Positions 1 to 11,983 of a stretch of DNA of 64,000 bases are shown here, in pieces. The notes under the pieces were generated by a model. The model searched no databases. It was given only the letters and a program-made list of their open reading frames with translations, and was not told the DNA's origin. The DNA lies in the NCBI GenBank assembly GCA_964016885.1, contig OZ024758.1, positions 32,178,001-32,242,000 on the forward strand, in the 5' to 3' direction. Positions within the stretch are counted from its first letter, which is position 1. Every line of letters starts with the position of its first letter. Position numbers and translations under genes: made by a program. This DNA is from Eledone cirrhosa. Taxonomy: Eukaryota.

Positions 1-60
1 TATATACTTATACATACATATATAAATATATACATACATACATATATATATACATACATA

Positions 61-95
<35 letters not shown>

Positions 96-97
96 TT

Positions 98-930
98 ATG
101 ATGGACCAGGTCATGAAAGTAACAGAAAGAGTTATAGCACAGTTGATTAGGGACTAGGTAAAACTAGATGAGATGCAATTTGGGTTTGTGCCAGGAAAAG
201 GCACCACTGATGCCCTCTTCCTTGTGAGGCAGTTACAGGAAAAGTACCTAGCTAAAATAAGCCACTCAACCTGGCATCTGTCTATCTGGAAAAAGCCTTC
301 GACAGAGTCCCCTGTGCTATAATCTGGTGGGCTCTTAGAAAATTAGGAGTAGATGAATGGCTTGTGAAAACTGTACAAGCCATGTATAGAGGAGCAGTCA
401 GCAAAGTTAGGGTTAGCAATGACTATAGCGAGGAATATAGCATACAGGTCGGTGTCCTCCTGTTCATCATCGTTTTGCAGGCAATAATGGAAGAGTTTAA
501 GACAAGATGCCCATGGGAACTTCTGTATGCAGATGACCTCGCACTTATAGCTGAATCTATGTGGTAGAACTAGACAAGAAATTCCAAACATGGAAGCAGG
601 GACTAGAAAGAAAGGGTCTCAAAGTCAACATGACAATAAGACTAAAGCCCTCATAAGTAGACGAGAAAACAGAACCCAGATCCCCTCAGGCAAAGGTGTA
701 GGTAGGAACTCCATCCTCTGCCCCAAATGGAAACAATGGGTACACAAGAGATGTAGCGGGATCTCAGGAATGACAGGCAGACTGTATGATGCGTGTATAT
801 GAACAGCAATTGTACTTGGTAGTGAGACTTGGGATGAGGTTATAAAAGCCGACCTTACCCAATTACACCTCTCAAAGGCGACAAGACCGTGACATCTGGC
901 GTCACGCAGTAATACAGAAGACCCGACCCC
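98..930 (+). mobile_element. Degenerate RTE LINE RT fragment with internal deletions
   Basis: [13 protein letters not shown] and [11 protein letters not shown] segments are colinear with the RTE at 12280-15060, but with stops, frameshifts and missing blocks. Confidence 0.85.
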
Positions 931-1012
931 CTTCTTTCTCTCTTCCTTTCTACTCTATCTTCTCCAAAAATTTCCTTTAAGAAATACAAGGGTATTTACA
1001 TTTTAACCATTC

Positions 1013-1135
1013 TGCTCTGAGGAAATGGTAGTCGCAGCATTTGAAAATTGAGTTTCTGCAATCAAATATTTATTAATTATCAATTGCACATAGCATGACT
1101 AGGCTGTATAACTACTGATGAAACATTTGTAAGCA
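1013..1135 (+). ncRNA. Type I hammerhead ribozyme with long stem II
   Basis: tgct-CTGAGGA-(ggtagt..gcagc / gctgt..actact)-GAAAC-attt-GTA-agca, followed by AATAAA at 1141. Confidence 0.6.
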
Positions 1136-1351
1136 CTCGGAATAAATTACCTTTTTATGATGCCTACCTGTTATTATTCATTCTTTATCTACACTCCAGA
1201 ATACAGAAGGATCAGAAACTGAATTTTTCTGACTATTCTCCCATAACTCGTTGAGTAACCCCTCGCCGTACGTCAACTCTATCTAGTGTAGTAATTAACC
1301 ATTACTGCATTCAGGATAATCCTAAGCATTTCTTGTATAAAAATATATATA

Positions 1352-2770
1352 TAGTCAGCAAAGTTAGGATTGGCAATGAGTATAGCGAGGAATTTAGCGT
1401 ACAGGTTGGGGTCCACCAGGGCTCTGTTCTTAGCCCTCTCCTGTTCATCATAGTCCTGCAGGCAATAACGGAGGAGTTTAAGACCGGATGCCCATGGGAA
1501 CTCCTGTATGCTGATGACCTCGCACTCATAGCTGAATCTATGGTAGAACTAGAGAATAAATTCCAAACCTGGAAGCAGGGACTAGAGAGAAAGGGCCTCA
1601 AAGTCAACATGACAAAGACTAAGGTCCTTATAAGTAGACGAGAAAACAGAACCCAGATCCCCTCAGGGAAATGGCCTTGCTCAGTATGTAGGAAAGGTGT
1701 AGGTAGGAACTCCATTCTTTGCCCCAAATGCAAACAATGGGTACACAAGAGATGTAGCGGGATCTCAGGAAGCTTAATTAAGAATGTAGGATTCACATGC
1801 AGCAGCTGTGCTGAAACAGCAAGCAAACAGCCACAGGAAACAAGTACCACCAATCTCTGGGAGGGCCCTGTAGAAACAGTAGACAGCTTCTGCTACCTAG
1901 GTGACCGAATTAGCAACGGAGGTGGGTGCTCAGAAAGTACAATAACTAGGGTAAGAACGGGATGGAAGAAGTTTAGGGAACTACTACCACTGCTAGCTGC
2001 AAAAGGCTTCTCCCTCAGAATGAAAGGCAGACTGTATGATGCGTGTATCCGAACAGCGATGTTGCATGGTAGTGAGACCTGGGCGCTGAAGGTGGAAGAC
2101 TTACGTAGATTAGAGAGAAACGAAGCCTGCATGCTCCGATGGATGTGTAACAGTAATATACGTGAACGACAAAGCATAAAGGAATTGAGAGAGAGACTGA
2201 GCATAAGAGGAATCAAATGCTGCGTGCAGGAGAGGCGGTTACGCTGGTATGGACATGTGATGCGTATGAAGGATGACAGCTGCATAAAAAGGTGCAGAGC
2301 ACTAGAAGTTGATGGAAACCGCGGAGTGGGGAGACCCAAGATGACTTGGGATGAGGTGATAAAAGCCGACCTTACCCAACTACACCTCTCAAAGTCAATG
2401 ACACACGACCGTGACTTCTGGCGTCACGCAGTAATACAGGGTACCCGACCTCCCATGGGTACATGCTGAAGCATATAAACAATATGCCCCCCCCCCACCG
2501 CAAGGTGGTCGTGGAGGTGCCACGGCAAAAAAGCACCCAGCCCACACTGTAAAGTGGACGTGTAGGCGCCACGAAAAAGCACCCAGCACTCACTGTAAAT
2601 GAGGTTGGTGTTAGGAAGGGCATCCAGCTGTAGAAATCAAGCCAGATCAGTTCCTGTATGAGCAAGGCATGGTCAGCCGACCAGACACTGCCCACAACAG
2701 GACAACCCGTCTAACCCATGCTAGCGTGGAAGAACGGACGTAAAACGGTGATGATGATGATGATGATGAT
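1352..2770 (+). mobile_element. 5'-truncated RTE LINE (RT C-half, 3' UTR, (TGA)n tail)
   Basis: ORF 1333-2469 has [17 protein letters not shown] and RRLRWYGHV motifs. Near-identical to 11980-13397 in reverse. Confidence 0.93.
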
Positions 2771-2781
2771 ATGTGTGTGTA

Positions 2782-2997
2782 TAATGGTAGCTATGGTGCT
2801 TCCATAGGCAATATGCCATAATTAGCACTCAATATTCATACAGAGCAGAGTATGAATAGTATAAAAAGGAAAAATCAGTGATGCATCTGAATTCAGTTTA
2901 TTGCGTGTTACAATTGTTTCGCCGGTAGCTCGAGAAATGGTCACTGTATGGATCTGGCTGATTCTACGGCTGCAGGTTACTCCGGAGAAAATTTTCT
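2782..2997 (-). mobile_element. Short Penelope-type tail fragment with hammerhead 3' half
   Basis: Minus strand reads GAAAC-aatt-GTA-acac..AATAAA. Homologous to 27065-27364. Confidence 0.45.
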
Positions 2998-3030
2998 TAT
3001 ATATATGTATATATATATATATATATATAA

Positions 3031-3129
<99 letters not shown>

Positions 3130-3506
3130 CATATATATACATATATATACACATATACATATATATACACATATACATATATATACACATATACATATAT
3201 ATATACACATATATATACATATACATATATATATACACATATATATACATATACATATATATACACACATATATATACATATACATATATATACACACAT
3301 ATATATACATATACATATATATACATATATATACATATACATATATATACATATACATATACATATATATACATATACATATACATATATATACATATAC
3401 ATATATATACAGATACATATATATACAGATACATATATATACATATACATATATATACATATACATATATATACATATACATATATATACATATACATAT
3501 ATATAC

Positions 3507-3552
<46 letters not shown>

Positions 3553-3573
3553 ATATATACATATATATATATA
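2998..3573. repeat. (TA)n/(TACA)n microsatellite
   Basis: Read directly. Confidence 0.97.
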
Positions 3574-5787
3574 TCATCATCATCATCATTTTACGTCCGC
3601 TTTTCCTTGCTTGCAAGGGTGGGACGGGTCTTATTCAGCACAGTACTTCTCCACTCGTCACGGTCCCTCGTCATCTCCACCGTGAGCTTCAATGATCTGA
3701 GGTCTGTTCTCACCACCTCCGCCCATGTTTTTCGTGGTCTACCTCTACCACGTCTTCCTTCAACTGGCATTTCCTGGCACTTCTTCACCCATCGGTCATC
3801 CTCCATGCGCATCACATGTCCATACCACCTCAGTCTCCTCTCCCGTACACTACATTCTATCCCTCTCAGACACAGTTTCTCACTCAACACATTTATGCTG
3901 GGTTGTTCACGCACATCCAACGGAGCATGCTTGCCTCATTTCTCTCCAGCCGTCGCATATCTTCTGCGGTAGCTGCCCATGTCTCACTACCATGCAGCAT
4001 CGCGCTCCTCACACAGGCATCATACAACCGGCCTTTCGTACGCAGGGAGAAACCCTTCTTCGTCAACAGAGGAAGCAGCTCCCTAAACTTCTTCCAACCC
4101 GTCCTTATTCTAGATACTATGGCCTCGGAACACCCTCCTCCCATGCTAATCTGATCTCCTAGGTACCGGAAGCTATCCACCACTTCTATAGCGCCCTCTC
4201 GCATTTGAAAAATGTGTCTATCAGTGCGACTTCTACTGTCTAATTTCCCTGTACATCTACTGCATACATATTTCTCCCTACCTGTTAGTTTGCCTGCTAT
4301 CCCGCTACATCTCTTGTGTACCCAGGACCTACATTGTGTGCATTTTATAGAATTTATGCCAGTTCCTTTTCTGCATATCGAACATGGCCATTTCCCTGAC
4401 GGAATCAGGGTTTTGTCCTCTTTTCTACTCATCAACACTTTTGTCTTAGCTAGATTTACTCTCAGTCCTCTTGCTTCCAACTGCTGTTTCCATAGCCGGA
4501 ATTTATTCTCTAGCTCCTCTACTGATTCTGCTATAAGAGCCAGATCGTCAGCATAGAGAAGTTCCCATGGACAGCCAGTCTTAAACTCCTCTGTTATGGC
4601 TTGGAGGACTATAATGAACAAGAGCGGGCTGAGGACCGAACCCTGATGTACTCCTACTTGTATCTGGAATTCCTCACTAAACTCCATTCCTACCCTGACT
4701 TTACTGAGAGTACCTCTGTACAAAGTTTGCACTGTCCTAACAAGCCATTCCTCAACACCCAGCTTCCTTAGGGACCACCAGATGACAGATCGGGGTACCC
4801 TATCAAAGGCCTTCTCTAGGTCAACAAAGGCTAAGTATAGTGGCTTATTCTTCTCTAAGAACCTCTCTTGCATTTGTCTCACCAAGAAGAGGGCATCTGT
4901 TGTACTCTTCCCAGGCACAAAACCAAACTGCATCTCATCTAGTTTGACCCTTTCTCTAATTAGTTGTGCTAAAATCCTTTCTGCCACTTTCATAACCTGA
5001 TCTATCAGTTTTATACCCCTATAATTGCTCCTCTCCAAAGCATCCCCTTTACCTTTGTAGCAATTTATGAGAATACTGCTGCACCAGTCTTTGGGTATGA
5101 CACCACCATATATAGCCTGATTGATTATGCGTGCAACCAGTTTAGTGCCTACGTCCCCTGATGCCTTCAGCATCTCAGCAACTATTCCCGATGGTCCGGC
5201 CGCCTTACCATTTTTCATTTCCCTAATCGCCTCTTGGACCCTATATTCGTCAATCTCAATAGCTGGTCCCTCTGTCGGATCTACCAAGGGTAATTTCTCT
5301 CTCTCCCATTCGTTCTCCACATTCATCAGTCTCTCATAATGACATTTCCAGGCCTCCTTTTTCTGGTCATTCGTGACACTAAGTACACCGGCATCATCCC
5401 GGACACATTTATCACCAACAACATCCTGATTTGCATTGACACACTGCCTTGCAATGTGGAACACCGCACGCCTCTGATCTTCCCGTCGCAGAACATTGGC
5501 AAACCTCCTACTCTCTGCCTCCCTGCGTGCTAAGTACACCTGACGTCTAGCTTCTCTCTTAGTGGCTGTATATTCTTCCCTACTCCCACCCTTATTCCAA
5601 GCCTTCCATGCTAGTCTTTTGTCTCTAATAGCCTTATCTACACTGCTGTTCCACCACCAGGTCACTCTCTGTCTGGTTGGAGCTCTGCTCCAGCCACAGG
5701 TTTCATCAGTAGCCTTCAGCAAGTTGTCACGTAAGAACTTCCAGTTATTATCTATGTCATACGTCTCTAAATCGTCTTCTTTTTCGT
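3574..5787 (-). mobile_element. RTE LINE, second subfamily, 5'-truncated, frameshift near 3900
   Basis: RT motifs [21 protein letters not shown]. The C-terminus continues in ORF 3591-3920. (TGA)n tail at 3574-3590. Confidence 0.92.
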
Positions 5788-5843
5788 ATATATATATACA
5801 TATATATATATACATATATACATATATATACATATATATATAC

Positions 5844-5876
<33 letters not shown>

Positions 5877-5913
5877 CATATATATATATACATATATATA
5901 TATATACGTATAC

Positions 5914-5945
<32 letters not shown>

Positions 5946-6017
5946 ACATATATATATACATATACATATATATACATATACATATATATATACATATATA
6001 TATATATATACGTATAC

Positions 6018-6051
<34 letters not shown>

Positions 6052-6055
6052 ATAC

Positions 6056-6087
<32 letters not shown>

Positions 6088-6119
6088 ACATATATATATA
6101 TATACATATATATATATAC

Positions 6120-6167
<48 letters not shown>

Positions 6168-6254
6168 ACATATATATATATACATATACATATATATACA
6201 TATATATATATACATATACATATACATATATATATACATATACATATATATATA
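5788..6254. repeat. (TA)n/(TACA)n microsatellite
   Basis: Read directly. Confidence 0.97.
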
Positions 6255-6255
6255 C

Positions 6256-7147
6256 CCAATGGACGGAAAAGAACAACATGTTACTGAACGAAGACAAATT
6301 CGAACTGATCCACTTTGGAAAAGAGGATGCTCTGAAACTCCCGTACTCCCTTCCCTCCGGGGAAACTCTCGTGGCATCTAACAACATCAGAGACTTGGGA
6401 GTAACCGTGGACAGCAACATAAGCTGGACCACGCATATAAGCAGCAAAGTTGACATGGCCCGCAGAATGTGTTCCTGGATCCTCAGAACCTTCCAGTCGA
6501 GAGATTCCCGCACCATTATCCTTCTCTTCTCTACTTTTGCCCGACCACACCTTGAATACTGTTGTCCACTGTGGTCTCCCCACACGAAACAAAGTATCAT
6601 GAAACTTGAAGCTCCTCAAAGGGCAATCACGAAAAAGATAGATGGCATGTCAGACCTTGACTACTGGGGTCGATTAGAAAACCTGAAACTTTACTCACTC
6701 CAACGTCGCCGTGAGCGTTATATTATCTGCATGATGTGGAAAATGTTCCATCATCACTGCCCAAATGATGTTGGCATCGCCTTCAAGATACACCCAAGGC
6801 TTGGGCTCCGTGCTATCCGTCCCATTCAAAAATCTAAATCGCAACTCATAACAACAATACGGCACAATTATTTCACCTCAATCGGCCCTGCTCTCTTCAA
6901 CATCACACCAGGACACGTCAAAACAGAAACTGACCACACAAAATTCAAAAAGTCTTTGGACAAATTCCTCCAAGTAATCCCGGACAAACCACCCACACCC
7001 GGATATGTCTCCGCAAACAGTAATTCTCTTCTCGAATGGGCCATGGTGCCCAAATCCTGAATTGAAAGACTTCGCCAGGTGGTGCTATTAAGTTAGACAT
7101 GGCCTGGGCCAGTACTGGCCAAAACATTTCAAAGTTATTCAAAGTTA
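6256..7147 (+). mobile_element. CR1/L2-group LINE 3' fragment
   Basis: RDLGV, RPHLEYC..LWSPH and [10 protein letters not shown] motifs. 3' hairpin ggccagtactggcc and short repeat tail. Confidence 0.88.
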
Positions 7148-7221
7148 TATATACATATATATATATATACATATATATATACATATACATATATATATAC
7201 ATATATATATACATATATATA

Positions 7222-7650
7222 TGGTGGCTGCCAACTCGTTTTCGAGTACGGCCACTACTTTATATCCATGTAGGAGAACCCCTACCGATGCGCTGAACGA
7301 GTGTGACTTTTTAGTCCAGCCAGCGACTTGAAAACTCTGGTACAAACACTACACTTGTGACAATTACTGACACATAGTGCTGGGCCCATGGTACCATGTG
7401 ACGACAAGTGCAGAGAGATCTCCAGATATAAAGCAATGCCTGTGCCGTGAAGCTTTTATAGTGAGCAAAGGCACTGCACAAAGCCAGTCCCACTCTCTTA
7501 ACCAAGATGATATTTACCAAAAAGAAGAACAAGTCAACATCATTGGATACCATCAGGGTTGCAGGTGTTATATCAGAGTTTTCCTTCTCCTAGAATTCTG
7601 CCTTGACAAAGGCTAAGGGGTCATCTCTCCCGGTGATTTTGGATGGCCAT
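7222..7650. repeat. ~420 bp interspersed repeat, inverted copy at 32517-32944
   Basis: Near-identical reverse complement. The track shows the same 79 aa translation at both sites. Confidence 0.85.
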
Positions 7651-7827
7651 TGACTCTTAAGAGCTCCTTTGCCCTTTGACAGGTTTTGTTTTTAGTCCTG
7701 CAGGATGTCCAAAGTCACCCTCCTCACCAAGAAACCTTGGTGGGGTTGCCAGTTTAGTCGCCAACGACCCGACCATGGGACAGGTTGTACTGGGATACAT
7801 GTTACCAGTAGCACCAACTGGTGACCT

Positions 7828-8824
<997 letters not shown>

Positions 8825-8825
<1 letters not shown>

Positions 8826-11490
8826 GTTATACTTGGGGAGGGTCATATTTGTGTAATATTGCCAGAATTAATAACAAAACACACTCACTGTTTGGTTGGT
8901 TTTCGCTTCTCGCTTCTGTGTCTTTTATATCGGTAATCTAACTTACTCGGTCCTCAATGTTGCCATTGACTTACCGACGGTCAAAAATAATACAGATACA
9001 ATATAGACACAAACACATATATATAGTTTATCATAAATCTTTCGTTGCACATCTGCAACATCGTCAGTGGTGTTATATTTTCCTCCTGTTGTGTTGTATG
9101 TCTACGCCATTTTTATTCAGTCTGTCTATATATTTATTTATTTATTTGCTTGTTTGTTTATTTTATTTTGTCTTCTTTGCGCATGCGTTTGCGTGTGTGT
9201 ATAGTGTTTTGTTTGATGTGTGATGGGTGACTAGTGTGTGTTTATGTGCTTGTTGTTATTGTGCTTGTGTATGTATTTACTTATTTATTTATTTTATTTT
9301 ATTTACTTATTTATACTTCTCTTAGGTCAGTGTTGTTTGTTTGGGTGTTATTGTTATTCCATTCATTCTTTCTGTTTAGTCTTGGTCTTCTAAGTTCTAT
9401 TTCACTGGCCTCTCTGATTTGCCTATCTGCTGGGTCATTTCTATGTTTAGATATTATTCTAATTTCTATGTTGTCTATGTTACCGTCATGTTGTTGTTTA
9501 GCCTGTTCGTATAGTACTGACCCGTTTTTTCGTCCTTTTAGTTCCCCCCAGTGTTGGTCTATCCTTTCACCTATGCTATGAACTGTCTCACCTATGTATG
9601 TTGTTGACATGTTTCTGAAATTACCCTCTGTACATCTTATGCTATAGACTACGTTTCTAGTTTTACAGTTTATCCGGGGGTTTACCTTACATATGATACA
9701 TTTCCTATTGGTACAGTGGGTTTTCTTAAAAGGGTAGGTTTTGCTGATCAGGGATTTTATGGTGGTTCCTGGCTTTTCTACCACCTTAATTTTTTTTAAG
9801 TGGGTCTTTCTCAGGGCCTCTCTACACTGGTTAGCTAATTTCCCTCCAGGGGTAGCGTCCACAAACATGACACTCTGGTATCTCTGGTTGTCGTACCATG
9901 AGGTGGCTTTCCCTATCTTATGTCTAGCCCTATCTAAGCTATTCCATGATTTGCTCCTGTATAATGGGCAAATTCCTTTCATGTCCAGTTCTATGAGGGT
10001 CTTATACTTCTCCATGGCTCCTTCGTATACTCTGTCTCTGTCTCTTTGGTTGTAGCCAGAGAACTGCATGCGGTTGATGAAGTGTTGGATGTGTCTTTCC
10101 ATTTCTGTTGGGTCGCACATGCGGGACACATTCTTCATCACTCGTACCAAATCTGCGATCAGAATATTAAACTTAGCACTACTGGACATTGCTGAGTTTT
10201 TGAGTATCAGGTATTTGGAGGCCATGGGTTTAGCATAGTGTGAGTGGAGAATTTGGGCTCTCTCGTCTATAGTGTTAATCCAGAGTTCTGTGTCTAATAC
10301 AGGTAGTCTATTGTTAGGGTGTTTGGAAGGGAAGTCGATAGTTACAGTTATACTCTGGTGTATGGAATTAGCTATCTGCTGGATGCTTTCCATTGTGCTA
10401 CGTTCTAAATCAAACTTGTTAGTGCTCTCTAGTGGGGATGTTCTTATAACTATATTGATATCGTCTACATAACGAGAGTACATGATGAGGTCTATGGAGC
10501 TCTCATTAAGGAGATCTTTAAGTCTCCTTTCCCACCATACCATGAAAAGGTTGGCAACATCACCAGCTATGCTGACGCCAATGGCTGCTCCCTCATTTTG
10601 GGTGTAGATCTTCTCGTTGAACTTAAATATGTGGCCCTTTAGGGTAGTTTTGATACTAGCCCCTATTGCATGTGCGACCATTTTTCTTACCTGATCATTG
10701 TTTTGGGGGGTCCGTATAGCTTTGGTCCACCCAATCCACCTTCCCATGGGAGTCTTTTTTGCCATTGAGGTTATGGTGGGGGTCTACCTCTTATGGGTCT
10801 ACTAGGGCAGAAACGTCTAAGGTCATGGCTGTCTAGGTAGTCAGTGTCGTAGGTAAGTCTAAGTAGGAGGCCCAGTTCGTCTGTGTCGACGTCGCAGAAC
10901 TCCACCTCACTCTCAATGATCATCTCCACACATTTTTCCACAGCAAAATCAATGTTAATGGATGGGTACAGTGACACCACATCCATGCTACCTATTATGC
11001 AGTTGGATAGGTTCCTGTTTTTGTTGCACTCACTGATTCTGCTGAGGAGGTCCTCTGTACTGTCACATACATCTGGGGACATCTTGATTATGGGGCGTAT
11101 AACCATTGAGAGGAAGTAGGAGATCCTGTAGTTACTAGCTATATTAGCTCCGCATACGGGTCTTGTTGGTGGTCCTGTTGTCAGGTTGTCGACTGTCTTG
11201 TGGTCTTTGCGGAGTCCATACAAGGGTGGTATGCCATTGTTAGACGTCTGGAAGTTGTTGGCAGTGCGTCTGCTTGGCTTTAGGATGTCAGTCCACATTA
11301 TCATGTGAGCGTTGAGGATTTTCTCTCTCCCATCATGTGTTTGTTGTGCAAAACCAACCAAACAGTGAGTGTGTTCTGTTATGAATTCTGGCAATACTAC
11401 ACAAATATGACCCTCCCCAAGTATAACAATATTTGTTTCGACACACGATTTCATATAAAAAACCTTGCAAAACTAATTCATCGCCGTTAT
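8825..11490 (-). mobile_element. Penelope-like element (Naiad-like RT + GIY-YIG) with inverted tail at its 5' end
   Basis: GSMDVVSLYPSI, GAAIGVSIAG and YSRYVDD motifs, a CxxC linker and VVY..YIGET. One frameshift at ~10770. 8826-8903 is inverted at 11350-11427. Confidence 0.9.
9030..9071 (-). ncRNA. Minimal type I hammerhead ribozyme
   Basis: acca-CTGACGA-t-gttgca(gatg)tgcaac-GAAA-gatt-TA-tgat, in the 3' tail of the Penelope-like element. Confidence 0.72.
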
Positions 11491-11539
11491 ATATATATAT
11501 ATATATATTTAAAAGAATAGAGGTGTAACACACAAGTTA

Positions 11540-11983
11540 TGATATATTGGTAAACGGAAAAGAAAATGCTGACAAATTGTTCACAGTGAAAAATAGTTTA
11601 ATTAGGAATAAGTGAGAATTAGTAATAGTACTGGTTAGTATTCAGTTTTGGTTTTAAGTTTTACCGGTTGCGCATTTCTAATGCTTTTCAAAAATAATTT
11701 TGAGATAGAGTGTCTGTGATGTTTGCTCTATTCTGATTAGTTTTGGAAATTCTACCTGTTTTTATGTTAAAAAAGTGGCTCCAGCGGTATTAAAATAAAT
11801 TTTGCGCCAATTCGTGTTGCAAAAATTATTTTTGAAAAGCATTAGAAATGCGCAACCGGTAAAACTTAAAACCAAAACTGAATATTAACCAATACAATTA
11901 CTAATTCTCACTTATTCCTAATTAAACTATTTTTCACTGTGAACAATTTGTCAGCATTTTCTTTTCCGTTTACCAATATATCA
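11540..11983. repeat. Fold-back unit with ~160 bp inverted arms, each holding a hammerhead-like motif
   Basis: 11540-11702 is the reverse complement of 11820-11983 with few mismatches. Confidence 0.9.
11829..11864 (+). ncRNA. Variant hammerhead (U3:A8, GCAA); mirror copy at 11659-11694 on the minus strand
   Basis: ttt-TTGAAAA-gcat(tagaa)atgc-GCAA-ccgg-TA-aaa. Confidence 0.45.

Noticed and set aside
1311-2339. Antisense ORFs over the RTE RT
   Set aside because: Shadow frames of the LINE ORF with no independent motifs.
2895-2990. Complete hammerhead here and at 27185-27325
   Set aside because: Only the GAAAC-aatt-GTA half is clear. The upstream core reads ctgca.. and does not fit, so these are kept as half or decayed motifs.
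11420-11490. Antisense hammerhead (cgatga...gaaac)
   Set aside because: Core is incomplete and there is no convincing stem II.
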